A DNA stretch of 32,000 nt, from positions 480,001 through 512,000 of the forward strand of contig CP064995.1 of NCBI GenBank assembly GCA_016700015.1. Reading direction: 5' to 3'. Every line of letters begins with the position of its first letter. Within the stretch, counting starts at the first letter, position 1. The translations under genes were made by a program, and so were the position numbers. Below, piece by piece: positions 17,903 to 25,928 of this stretch. The notes under the pieces were generated by a model. The model made no database searches. It saw only the letters and a program-made list of their open reading frames with translations, and was not told the DNA's origin. Origin of the DNA: Candidatus Saccharimonadota bacterium (GTDB taxonomy: Bacteria; Patescibacteriota; Saccharimonadia; Saccharimonadales; Saccharimonadaceae).

Positions 17903-18697
17903 TCAGTCCATTGCTCCAACAGGTATTGGGGCAGAGGAGTGATCGGGTGATGTATGACCGCCGTGGCTCATAGTAGCGAGCGCAGCGAAAATAAGGGTTA
18001 ACATGTAGAATACATACGCCTGGATAAAGCCTATAAACAGCTCGAACGCCATAAACAATGGCAAACTGAGACTTGCAAAATAGCCGCTCAGTGCACCGAC
18101 AATCATCAGCAGCACCTCACCTGCGAATGCGTTGCCGAACAGTCGAAAACTGAGCGCAAGTAGACGAGATGCTTCGCCAACAATTTCAAGTAGCCCCTCG
18201 AATGAACCAATCGGATCTTTGAGTGGGTTGATGAGGTAGCGACCAATATTTTTGAAAAAACCGTGATGTTTGATTGCATACACTTGTACGGCTGTCATGG
18301 TGACAAACGCCAGCGCGGTTGTAAAATTAAGGTCAGTCGGCAAGCCGCGCAGCAATTCATGTCCATTGAGCTTTACCGAGCCGACACCAGGAATGATACT
18401 AACCCAGTAGGTACAGAGTACCGTGAAAAAGATAGTGAGCGCTAGCGGCGCAATGCTTGCGGCAATTTTTTTGTCGGGAATAATGGTATAGATATTGCCA
18501 TACATACCTTCAAACACCCATTGTACAAAGCCGGTGAAACGATTAGATTTTCCTGCCTTCACCTGGAGTGCCGCTGCGATGAGAATAGCTAGCATGAGAA
18601 CCACGCCAAGCCCACCGAGTATCATGGTATTGGTGATAGGAAGAGGACCGACATGAAAAAGTGTCGAAGCGGGCAAGTGAATAGGGGGAATTTCCAT
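17903..18697 (-). CDS. atpB: Fo ATP synthase subunit a
   Basis: 264-aa polytopic protein with the conserved LSFRLFGNAFAGE motif. Confidence 0.9.
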   Translation of the reverse strand: MEIPPIHLPASTLFHVGPLPITNTMILGGLGVVLMLAILIAAALQVKAGKSNRFTGFVQWVFEGMYGNIYTIIPDKKIAASIAPLALTIFFTVLCTYWVSIIPGVGSVKLNGHELLRGLPTDLNFTTALAFVTMTAVQVYAIKHHGFFKNIGRYLINPLKDPIGSFEGLLEIVGEASRLLALSFRLFGNAFAGEVLLMIVGALSGYFASLSLPLFMAFELFIGFIQAYVFYMLTLIFAALATMSHGGHTSPDHSSAPIPVGAMD

Positions 18698-18703
18698 ATC
18701 GTG

Positions 18704-18937
18704 CTATACGTCCTTTGCTAGCTGTTGCTTTATTAGCAGCCCGGCGATGAGCGCACCAATCGTAGCCCCGATGAGCAAGCCATACGGCTTGGTGTGCCAA
18801 GTGTCGTCTGCCAAGTTACCGAGTAGTATTAGGCTGATGGTGGGCACGAACATGCGCCACGTTGTATCAGCGATGGTCAATATCAAAACGCTCGCAGGTA
18901 GAACGGGCTTGTTCCCCTCGTTTGTATTGTTACTCAT
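18704..18937 (-). CDS. AtpZ/AtpI-like small membrane protein, first gene of the atp operon
   Basis: 77 aa with two TM helices, at the operon-leading position typical of AtpI/AtpZ. Confidence 0.6.
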   Translation of the reverse strand: MSNNTNEGNKPVLPASVLILTIADTTWRMFVPTISLILLGNLADDTWHTKPYGLLIGATIGALIAGLLIKQQLAKDV

Positions 18938-18977
18938 GTACTAGTATAGTATAGCAGAAGAAAGAGAGCTCGACTAG

Positions 18978-19190
18978 ATGCCTAGGCGCAACAAACCAAA
19001 ATATGTTTTATATCGTCGCGACCAGCCAGCCGCAGAAAAAAATAAAGTACGCTACGCCACCAAACAAGCTGCTGAGCGGGGCGCCGCAGAAACAATAAAA
19101 TACCAGCCCGACCTACAATTCAGCGTTTACCAATCACCCATTGATGGCGGTTGGTACTTAACTAGCCAGCGCGAAACGAATAATAAGTAA
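18978..19190 (+). CDS. Hypothetical basic 70-aa protein
   Basis: ORF with a purine-rich SD-like leader (AGAAGAAAGAGAG). No family recognised. Confidence 0.5.
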   Translation: MPRRNKPKYVLYRRDQPAAEKNKVRYATKQAAERGAAETIKYQPDLQFSVYQSPIDGGWYLTSQRETNNK

Positions 19191-19195
19191 CTCCT

Positions 19196-21403
19196 CTAGA
19201 AGTTCTCGGCGGTGTTTCGGTTAAGGCTCGAAAGAGTTGGCACCAGCACACGACTCGTAGTGCCATTGCCGAGCTGTCCCCACTGGTTGTTGCCCCAGGC
19301 ATATATACGACCACTTGCTGTTATGACAACTGTTGTCCCATACGAGCTCATCACAGAAACCGCTGGTGTATTAGTGTCAAACACCCCACTTCTTCTTACG
19401 CCCGCATTATTACCTTCGTTTTGTGTGTTCGTGCCCAGCTGACCATAGTCATTGTTCCCAGCCATATATAGCCCACCATCGCTGCCAATGGCGTATAGAT
19501 TGACCGTACCGACACTACCAATGCCAAAACCTGTGGCCGTCACACCGTTCGGCATGCCAAACTTCGCACATGTCGGTACATATTTGGCAGGCGTACCAGT
19601 ACCAAATGCTCCAAAGCCATTGTACCCAGCACTAAACAACTCGCCGCTGTCAGTTAAAAAGCTGAGCGATAGCCAGTCTCCAGCGGCATCCATGGGCCGC
19701 TTACCACTAAAACAGGTGTCATCCATTCTGGAAATCCAAGGGGAGTCCATCATGATATTTTGGTTACCGCTAGAATAATTGTTTGGATATAACTTAATTG
19801 TCGTTCCATTGGCCCCTTCATTCTCCAATGACTTACCGGCAGCTACTCCACCCTGTAGGGTCATGATATTGTAATAGCGCACCGCACCTCCAAACACTCC
19901 CCAGTATTGTTGAGCATTTGTACTACAGGCATTCAACTGAATATTATAGCCGTCGGCATTGGTATTCTCGAGACAACGGCTTGACGCCACATTTTGAATT
20001 CGACTATCAGTAAGTACGCGCCATTGCTGCGAAGTACCTTGGCTGCATGCATTCAGTATTACAGTTGTGCCGTCGCCAGCATTGTTGTCGATACATTTGC
20101 CACTTTGAGGATGGTATATCTCCATCGAAGTATTACCCGTTTGACCCCACACACTCCATCCCGACGAGTAAATTTGGTTGTCGTCAGCCATCACCCATAC
20201 GGTAAGTCCATCTGTTACAACTTTTGTGGCACGGCGTGAATTGCTGTTTCCAAAATCACCATATTGAAGTGGTGTTGATGAAGATGTATGGCCGTTTGCG
20301 ACACCACGTGCCAATTGACCTTCGCGATTTTCGCCCCATACATATACCCGTCCGCCCTGCATACGCAGCGCAACAAGTGACCCGTCAACAACAATATTGT
20401 CACTAGGCAGGGTATTTGGATTGGATGTATCAGGTGTGGGCAGCGCCACGCGCTGGGGAGTCGACTGGTTACTACACCCTGAGATCGTATAATTGTAGCC
20501 TAGGAGCCCATTGGCACAGGCACCCGCCGCATATACATTGCCATCTGTCGTAATAACAAACGTAGCCGAGGAGTGGCTGACTACCTTACGTGCAGTCTTA
20601 CCCCCTGGCAAAATAAACAGTGTCGGGGTAGAGACGGGCGATGTAAACGTTCCGTTTCCAAGCTGCCCGTAGTTATTAATACCCGCCCCGTACGCATTGC
20701 CGTCCGCGGTTATCCCAAATAAAGTACCGCCCATACCAGATGAATGAGCAGAGATAGAGGCAAAAGGACTTGTCGTTGGCGCATTGAAGCGCACCGGGTT
20801 CAAGGCCGTACTTGTACTGCCATTGCCCAGCTGCCCATAGTTATTTATTCCACTCGACCAGATTTGTCCGTCCTTACCGAGCGCTGAGATATAGACACCA
20901 TCGCCACTACCACCCATCACAACATTGTCTGTATCAATCGTCGACTTTGAAGTTTGATTGAGTTCGGCAGTGTATGTCTTCCATACTGCATTGGTACTAG
21001 TACGAAGTAGTTCTACCTTACCGGTTGCCTGAAGCTTCACGCCGTTATCGGTTGCCGAAACTGGCGAATCAACCGTGTAGGTACTCCGAAAAGTGCTGGT
21101 TTGTATTACATAGCACTTCGCTTGCCCCGCACAGCCAACACCCCCCGCACAGGTCGTGTCGGGGTGAAGCTCCGTTCCCGTCCACAGAGCGCTAAGGCCA
21201 CTAGCATTCAGACAATCCTGCGCATGCGCTAAACCTGACTCAGCTGCGTCTTTGGCAAGCTGCTGGTAGTATTGGTTGTCGAGTGCCACACTGGTGCTGG
21301 TCACGCTCGAGATCGTCGCCACAAGTACCATAAACAAAATCACCGTCGCTATGACAATGGTGGGGAGTGCAAACCCCCGTGCAGCCATCCGGTGCTGTAT
21401 CAT
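19196..21403 (-). CDS. PilX-N-like pseudopilin fused to an RCC1-repeat beta-propeller with an inserted ricin-type (QxW) lectin domain
   Basis: N-terminus MIQHRMAARGFALPTIVIATVILFMVLVAT..AKDAAESGLAHA fits the PilX N-terminal pattern. Repeated YGQLGNG/WGQLGNG/GQLARG RCC1 blades. The central CIDNN..SQQWRV..CLENT..AQQYWGV region looks like a beta-trefoil. Start set to ATG 21403 (TGCTACACT 6 nt upstream). Confidence 0.8.
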   Translation of the reverse strand: MIQHRMAARGFALPTIVIATVILFMVLVATISSVTSTSVALDNQYYQQLAKDAAESGLAHAQDCLNASGLSALWTGTELHPDTTCAGGVGCAGQAKCYVIQTSTFRSTYTVDSPVSATDNGVKLQATGKVELLRTSTNAVWKTYTAELNQTSKSTIDTDNVVMGGSGDGVYISALGKDGQIWSSGINNYGQLGNGSTSTALNPVRFNAPTTSPFASISAHSSGMGGTLFGITADGNAYGAGINNYGQLGNGTFTSPVSTPTLFILPGGKTARKVVSHSSATFVITTDGNVYAAGACANGLLGYNYTISGCSNQSTPQRVALPTPDTSNPNTLPSDNIVVDGSLVALRMQGGRVYVWGENREGQLARGVANGHTSSSTPLQYGDFGNSNSRRATKVVTDGLTVWVMADDNQIYSSGWSVWGQTGNTSMEIYHPQSGKCIDNNAGDGTTVILNACSQGTSQQWRVLTDSRIQNVASSRCLENTNADGYNIQLNACSTNAQQYWGVFGGAVRYYNIMTLQGGVAAGKSLENEGANGTTIKLYPNNYSSGNQNIMMDSPWISRMDDTCFSGKRPMDAAGDWLSLSFLTDSGELFSAGYNGFGAFGTGTPAKYVPTCAKFGMPNGVTATGFGIGSVGTVNLYAIGSDGGLYMAGNNDYGQLGTNTQNEGNNAGVRRSGVFDTNTPAVSVMSSYGTTVVITASGRIYAWGNNQWGQLGNGTTSRVLVPTLSSLNRNTAENF

Positions 21404-21488
21404 GCATGTAGTGTAGCAAAAAACAGAAGCGATTTGCAATCCCAGCCTCTCTTACGCTATACTAGTAGCAAAGAGAAGAGAGGAAACT

Positions 21489-21764
21489 ATGGCAGATACA
21501 GCAGCAAAAGTTATTATTTATAGCACCCCGTGGTGCGCGTTTTGCAAAACTGAGAAGCAATACCTTGAACACCTGGGCGTGGCATTTACAAGTAAAGACA
21601 TCGAGGAAGATGCTGGCGCATACGATGAGCTAATGGCCAAAGTTGACCATCAAAGCACCGGTGTTCCCGTCACAGATATCGATGGCGTCATTATCCGCGG
21701 CTTTGATCGGAAACGGATCGACGAAGTATTAAAAGAAAAAGGCCTGGTCGCACCCCAGGCCTAG
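21489..21764 (+). CDS. Glutaredoxin-like (NrdH/YruB-type) thioredoxin-fold protein
   Basis: 91 aa. KVIIYSTPWCAFCKTEKQYL contains a CxxC active site, and a ..GVPV.. motif is present. Confidence 0.8.
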   Translation: MADTAAKVIIYSTPWCAFCKTEKQYLEHLGVAFTSKDIEEDAGAYDELMAKVDHQSTGVPVTDIDGVIIRGFDRKRIDEVLKEKGLVAPQA

Positions 21765-21817
21765 CGGCACTAGCTGTGGGCACGCTAGCAGTAGTGTGCC
21801 AAAAGGAGTAGTGGGGC

Positions 21818-21851
21818 AATAAATACCCTCTTTGCCCATGAGCAAAGAGGG
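21818..21851 (-). terminator. Intrinsic terminator of the 28-aa ORF
   Basis: On the minus strand, CCCTCTTTGC-TCATGG-GCAAAGAGGG is followed by TATTTATT. Confidence 0.6.
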
Positions 21852-21868
21852 TTGCCTGATGTACGTGA

Positions 21869-21955
21869 CTACTTGTTGGTGGGGCAGTTGGGATTCCAGC
21901 AGCGCTCACCAGGCTTCAGCGTCATTCCGCAACGCGGACACGTCGAACCGGCCAT
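21869..21955 (-). CDS. 28-aa zinc-ribbon-like microprotein
   Basis: Hand translation: MAGSTCPRCGMTLKPGERCWNPNCPTNK* (CxxC..CxxxxC). AAGGAGGTG (21961-21969) precedes the ATG, with about 5-7 nt between SD and start. Own TGGTATAAT promoter (21980-88) and own terminator. Confidence 0.5.
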   Translation of the reverse strand: MAGSTCPRCGMTLKPGERCWNPNCPTNK

Positions 21956-22004
21956 TTCATCACCTCCTTAGGTATGACTATTATACCACCTTTGCTGCTG
22001 AATT

Positions 22005-23636
22005 TTATCCTCCGATATTGACAACTGTCCCGCTAATTTTACTACGGAAGTAATTGTCGTGACTCACATACAGAATTGCGCCGCTGTAGCGTTCCAGCGC
22101 CAGTTCCAGCTCCTCTATACTCGGAAGGTCAAGGTGGTTAGTCGGCTCGTCGAGGATGAGCAGCTGTGGATCGTTCGCGAGCATGCTTATTAGCTGAAAG
22201 CGGGCCTTCTGCCCACCGCTCAGCCGCTCAAGCGCGATGCCACCATCATTTTCAGTGAATAGGTAATCGCCCATGAGCTGGCGAATTTTCGTCTCGCCAA
22301 TAGCCAACCCTCGGTCGAGATACATGCGTTCAATTGCATCGTGCAGTGGCAGCAACAAGTAAGTAGGAGCGATCTCCTGCTCATATATCCCGACGCGCAC
22401 GTGCGGATCAAGCGTCAATAAGCCATCAAACATCATGATATCGGCGCCAAGTAACGCTTTAATGAGTGTCGTTTTACCGGCGCCGTTGCGACCGCGAAGC
22501 TCCACGGCTTCACCCTCACGTAGATCAATATTCACACCACTAAACAGTGGTGTGTCGCCATAGCCAAGGGCCACATCGCGTGCTTCTACCAGCTTGCGCT
22601 GGCTGCGCATATCGCCGTCTTTTAGCGACAAGCGAATGTTGCGAGCTTTGTATTTGTCGTACCGACCGGCTACTTTGTAGTCCAGTTGCTCTACACTGTC
22701 GCGGTCAATCCAAAACGTCGGCTTTTCTACCTTTTCAAGCTCGTTCAGCTCCACTTCCGCCTGCTGCTCACGGCGCTTAAACTGCTTTATAGTATCGGGG
22801 TCGCGCGCCTTTTCTTTGAGGCGGCGGAATTGTACCACTTTGTCGCGCAGATTGCGCTTACGTCGCTCCACTAGCTCGTACTCGGTCATGGCAGTGCCGG
22901 TACTATGAGCATTTTGTTTTAGGTAGGCATCGTAGTTACCTTTGTAGCTGACAGCTATACCGTCTTTTAGCTCAACAATTCGATCAACACACTTCAGCAC
23001 GTCTCGGTCGTGCGTGATGATCAGCATCGCCTCGCTGGCGCGGCCCACCCAGTCAATAAACTGCTGTTTGGCCACGTAGTCCATGTGGTTGGTCGGCTCG
23101 TCGAGCAGGGCAAGATCGGCGTCGCTGTGCATCACTTTCACTACTTCAATCAGGCGCTTCTGGCCACCGCTGAGTGTCGATAGTGGGCGGGACTCAACCC
23201 CAGAGAGCTGAAAGTTTTTGAGTTCTTCGGCCACCAGTTCTTCAAGCTGATAAAAACCACGTCGACCGTAGCGATCAAGCGCCTCAGTGTACTGATGGAT
23301 TTTTGCTAAATCATCGCCCATTGTCGCGGGCAGGGTAGTAATAGCGTGGCGCAGCTCGGCATACTCTGGTACTCCTTGCAAAATATATTCCATCACGCTC
23401 ATCTGGCCCGCGTGGTGCTCCTGGGCTGTCGCCACGACAGTAACACCGCGCCGAAACACCACCTCGCCGGTGTAGTCGGTATCAATACCAGCCACAATGC
23501 AAAACAGTGTCGACTTGCCCACGCCGTTGCGGCCCACTACACCGACTTTTTCCTTGGCATCAATCGAAAGTCTAACCCCTGTCATCAACTGCTTGGGGCC
23601 AAATGATTTTTCGGTGACCAGTATGTCGGCGATCAT
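22005..23636 (-). CDS. ABC-F family ATPase (tandem ABC domains, no TM domain)
   Basis: Two Walker A sites (GRNGVGKST, GRNGAGKTT) and two LSGGQK signatures, joined by a charged linker. Start set to the second ATG of MMIADIL (23636), which is 6 nt downstream of TGCTATACT. The first ATG at 23639 remains possible. Confidence 0.9.
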   Translation of the reverse strand: MIADILVTEKSFGPKQLMTGVRLSIDAKEKVGVVGRNGVGKSTLFCIVAGIDTDYTGEVVFRRGVTVVATAQEHHAGQMSVMEYILQGVPEYAELRHAITTLPATMGDDLAKIHQYTEALDRYGRRGFYQLEELVAEELKNFQLSGVESRPLSTLSGGQKRLIEVVKVMHSDADLALLDEPTNHMDYVAKQQFIDWVGRASEAMLIITHDRDVLKCVDRIVELKDGIAVSYKGNYDAYLKQNAHSTGTAMTEYELVERRKRNLRDKVVQFRRLKEKARDPDTIKQFKRREQQAEVELNELEKVEKPTFWIDRDSVEQLDYKVAGRYDKYKARNIRLSLKDGDMRSQRKLVEARDVALGYGDTPLFSGVNIDLREGEAVELRGRNGAGKTTLIKALLGADIMMFDGLLTLDPHVRVGIYEQEIAPTYLLLPLHDAIERMYLDRGLAIGETKIRQLMGDYLFTENDGGIALERLSGGQKARFQLISMLANDPQLLILDEPTNHLDLPSIEELELALERYSGAILYVSHDNYFRSKISGTVVNIGG

Positions 23637-23666
23637 CATACCAGTATAGCACGACCTCTGTTTGTG

Positions 23667-23695
23667 TTGACAGATATAAATAGACGTGCTATAAA
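23667..23695 (+). promoter_or_regulatory. Promoter TTGACA-17-TATAAA
   Basis: TTGACA 23667-23672, 17-nt spacer, TATAAA 23690-23695. Confidence 0.5.
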
Positions 23696-23730
23696 ATAGT
23701 TGACCTATCCATACGAGATTGGAGCACATC

Positions 23731-24096
23731 ATGGCTGTCGACCTGAAAACCCGCGAAGCCCGCCTGGCACGGCTCAATGACATCCTGGGCCTCAGGGAAA
23801 AGACTGAGGCGCTGGCCGCCGAAGCCGACCATCACTACACCAATGGTGGCAACCGAACGGCGAGCGCACGCTTCAAAGTCAAGCTCCCGAGCCCCCAGGA
23901 TCGCGCATTCGTCGCGAGCTTCAGTTCGAACGAGTTGGCCGCTGCGATCAAAGCAGTTGCCAAAGCAAACCTGGATGACTCCAGGCCTCGTCGAGGATTT
24001 ATGTCCCACCACACTTTCTGTTACAGTGGAGACATCAAACTTCCTGGTATCCTCCAAAGTGTCTGGTTCACTCTGGCGGTGACTCCCGGAGACTAA
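23731..24096 (+). CDS. Hypothetical 121-aa protein, GC-rich cassette
   Basis: MAVDLKTREARLARLNDILGL... High GC3 over the first two thirds. Weak SD (TGGAG). Followed by a strong terminator. Mirror-strand and alternative-frame ORFs look like GC artefacts. Confidence 0.5.
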   Translation: MAVDLKTREARLARLNDILGLREKTEALAAEADHHYTNGGNRTASARFKVKLPSPQDRAFVASFSSNELAAAIKAVAKANLDDSRPRRGFMSHHTFCYSGDIKLPGILQSVWFTLAVTPGD

Positions 24097-24098
24097 TA

Positions 24099-24161
24099 CC
24101 ACCCCCGCGGGGCTGCTCCGGATCTGTTCCGTGGTAGCAGCCCCGCAGAAGGGGTGGTTTT
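24099..24161 (+). terminator. Long nested hairpin terminator
   Basis: CCACCCC..GCGGGGCTGCT....AGCAGCCCCGC..GGGGTGG followed by TTTTA. Confidence 0.6.
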
Positions 24162-24170
24162 ACATTGGAA

Positions 24171-24199
24171 TTGTTTATTTAATAAAATAGTTGTATAAT
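24171..24199 (+). promoter_or_regulatory. Promoter TTGTTT-17-TATAAT
   Basis: TTGTTT 24171-24176, 17-nt spacer, TATAAT 24194-24199. Confidence 0.4.
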
Positions 24200-24241
24200 A
24201 TGTATGTTCATGCAGTTCGGATTCGACACCTTGGAGAGACC

Positions 24242-24433
24242 ATGTGTGATGCCAACGGCTCAGACGTCACCGAGAAGCAGAATGCCGTGCATGGTGGGCA
24301 TGGCGTCGAGACGCTCAGCAATCACCGCGCACGCCGCTTGCGACAGTGGCGTAGCTACGCCATCAGAACGGTGCTGATTGTCGGTTTCGTGGCGGCGCTG
24401 TGGTATGCCGCCACCCAACCACACCTGCACTAG
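24242..24433 (+). CDS. Hypothetical 63-aa protein with a C-terminal TM helix, GC-rich cassette
   Basis: MCDANGSDVTEKQN..RTVLIVGFVAALWYAAT.. SD-like GGAGAG lies 4 nt upstream of ATG 24242, an internal start of the ORF-track 24191 ORF. A hairpin plus ATTTTT follows. Confidence 0.45.
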   Translation: MCDANGSDVTEKQNAVHGGHGVETLSNHRARRLRQWRSYAIRTVLIVGFVAALWYAATQPHLH

Positions 24434-24505
24434 GCCACATTCCGGCCACTCACCCCGACAAAAGGGAGATGGGTGGCCATTTTTCATGGTTGTACATCAT
24501 TCGTA

Positions 24506-24534
24506 TTGACAAAATGTAAATTATCGTGTATAAA
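24506..24534 (+). promoter_or_regulatory. Promoter TTGACA-17-TATAAA
   Basis: TTGACA 24506-24511, 17-nt spacer, TATAAA 24529-24534. Confidence 0.55.
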
Positions 24535-24572
24535 TAATATGTCGGCCACCCATCTAGTCCAAGGAGGACACC

Positions 24573-24863
24573 ATGGCCAGCAGCGACACGACCACTGACG
24601 TGCAGGACGCCACCACCGAGACGACGGCCCCCGAGGCCTTCACCGTCCAGGTGAGCGGGCACGGCATCCAGTTCAGCTGGACGCCCCAGGGCGAGCACGC
24701 GCAGGAACACCTGCGCGAACTGGGCGAGAGCGGCCGCAGCGAGTTCGAGCAGCTGCTCGCCGGGATGCTCGGCGGGCTGGAAGAGGACCTGATGCTCGCA
24801 CTCTGCGAGCAGGCCAACCCCCTCATCTCGCTGCTGAGGGAGCTGTTGGGGCCGCACGCCTAA
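24573..24863 (+). CDS. Hypothetical acidic 96-aa protein, GC-rich cassette
   Basis: Perfect SD AAGGAGG (24561-24567) lies 5 nt upstream of the ATG. Nearly every codon ends in G or C. 50 of 70 nt at 24591-24660 are G+C by hand count. Confidence 0.6.
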   Translation: MASSDTTTDVQDATTETTAPEAFTVQVSGHGIQFSWTPQGEHAQEHLRELGESGRSEFEQLLAGMLGGLEEDLMLALCEQANPLISLLRELLGPHA

Positions 24864-24871
24864 CCCACACC

Positions 24872-24924
24872 CGCCAGGCGACTACGGAAGCTGCACCCCG
24901 CGTGCACACCGTAGCCGCCTGGCG
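24872..24924 (+). other. 16-bp hairpin in the 3' UTR of 24573..24863
   Basis: CGCCAGGCGACTACGG pairs with CCGTAGCCGCCTGGCG, with one A/C mismatch. Confidence 0.5.
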
Positions 24925-24950
24925 GCAACACATTCTATCAGCACCACACA

Positions 24951-24972
24951 CCCCAAGCAGGGGTTGTTTTTT
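24951..24972 (+). terminator. Intrinsic terminator
   Basis: CCCC-AAGCA-GGGG followed by TTGTTTTTTAT. Confidence 0.6.
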
Positions 24973-24977
24973 ATCTC

Positions 24978-25011
24978 AAAAATCTCAAGGGTCGTACCCT
25001 TGAGATTTTTT
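24978..25011. terminator. Bidirectional-looking terminator hairpin
   Basis: AAAAATCTCAAGGGT-CG-TACCCTTGAGATTTTTT: the stem is flanked by an A-run and a T-run. Confidence 0.6.
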
Positions 25012-25064
25012 AAGATTCGGGTGGAGTGCGTGTGTGCTGTGTGTTTTATTGCTACAATACTTTT

Positions 25065-25541
25065 ATGGGCAAAAAGCAGAAAACGTCATCGTCATCAGCG
25101 CCGATCGTCAACCGTCGGGCGCGGTTTGACTATGAACTAGGCGATGAAATTGTGGCCGGGCTGGTGCTGAGCGGCCCCGAAACCCGGGCCGCACGTGATG
25201 GGCATATTCAGCTCAAAGGCTCGTTTGTGTCAATCCGCAGCGACGAATTATGGCTCAACAATGCCAGCTTTAGCCTGAAGCTCAACGAACGCGGCAAGCC
25301 AGGTGCTCGAACAGTGGATACCGAGCCGCGCAAGCTGCTTGCCAGCCGCAAACAGATCACCCAACTACAGGCCCGCAAAAAGGACGGTATGTCGATCGTA
25401 CCTACCAAGCTGCTCAACAAAGGCCGCTTTATCAAGCTCGTCATTGCTCTCGGCAAGGGTAAGAAAAACTACTACAAGCGCGAAACCCTAAAGCGCCGCG
25501 ACCAGGAGCGCGATGCCAGAAGCGCGATAAAGCACCGTTGA
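25065..25541 (+). CDS. smpB: SsrA-binding protein SmpB
   Basis: ..IVNRRARFDYELGDEIVAGLVLSGPE..SIVPTKLLNKGRFIKLVIALGKGKKNYYKRE.. Start set to ATG 25065 (TGCTACAAT 6 nt upstream) rather than the ORF-track GTG 25026. Confidence 0.92.
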   Translation: MGKKQKTSSSSAPIVNRRARFDYELGDEIVAGLVLSGPETRAARDGHIQLKGSFVSIRSDELWLNNASFSLKLNERGKPGARTVDTEPRKLLASRKQITQLQARKKDGMSIVPTKLLNKGRFIKLVIALGKGKKNYYKRETLKRRDQERDARSAIKHR

Positions 25542-25708
25542 TATCCCTGTATTTAAGCGATCTTTTGCTACTTTTATCGCAAAAAAGTAGTGTTTTTCCT
25601 TCTTTTTGAATAAAAAGAACTATTTTATATTTGTAATTGCCTGATAATCAAATATATGTTAATATATGTTCAGCTACATCCGTAGTGCACCCGATCAAAG
25701 GAGCTATC

Positions 25709-25918
25709 ATGAAGGTTATCAGCGGCATCCTGGCGGCCATCGGGCTGCTGGCAGCGGTGTTCGCCGTCCCGCTCGGCGTCATCATTGGCGCCACCCACGG
25801 GGGGCTGACCAGTGGAGGTATCGTCACCGGACTTGTCTGGTGGGCGGCGCTCGAGATGGGCGGATTGCTCATCTTCTTCGTCTTCGGTGGCCTGACGGCT
25901 GTCAAATCACTGGAGTAA
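25709..25918 (+). CDS. Hypothetical 69-aa Gly-rich membrane protein (2-3 TM), GC-rich cassette
   Basis: MKVISGILAAIGLLAAVFAVPLGVIIGA..GLLIFFVFGGL.. SD AAAGGAG lies 5 nt upstream of ATG 25709. Confidence 0.6.
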   Translation: MKVISGILAAIGLLAAVFAVPLGVIIGATHGGLTSGGIVTGLVWWAALEMGGLLIFFVFGGLTAVKSLE

Positions 25919-25928
25919 GGAGAGACGA

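Noticed and set aside
15900-18120. CUGAUGA hammerhead-core matches on the minus strand (near 15907, 17041, 18107)
   Set aside because: They are isolated 7-mers inside conserved atp codons. They lack flanking helices and the GAAA element.
23689-24102. Antisense ORF 23689..24102(-) and alternative frame 23777..24082(+)
   Set aside because: These are mirror or alternate frames of a GC-rich segment. The products are Arg/Ser-rich, with no promoter or SD. The promoter, SD and terminator all point to the + strand frame starting at 23731.
24450-24857. Antisense ORFs 24450..24857(-) and 24554..24826(-)
   Set aside because: They mirror the strongly signalled + strand ORF (perfect SD, GC3 bias in the + frame). 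Their products are low-complexity.
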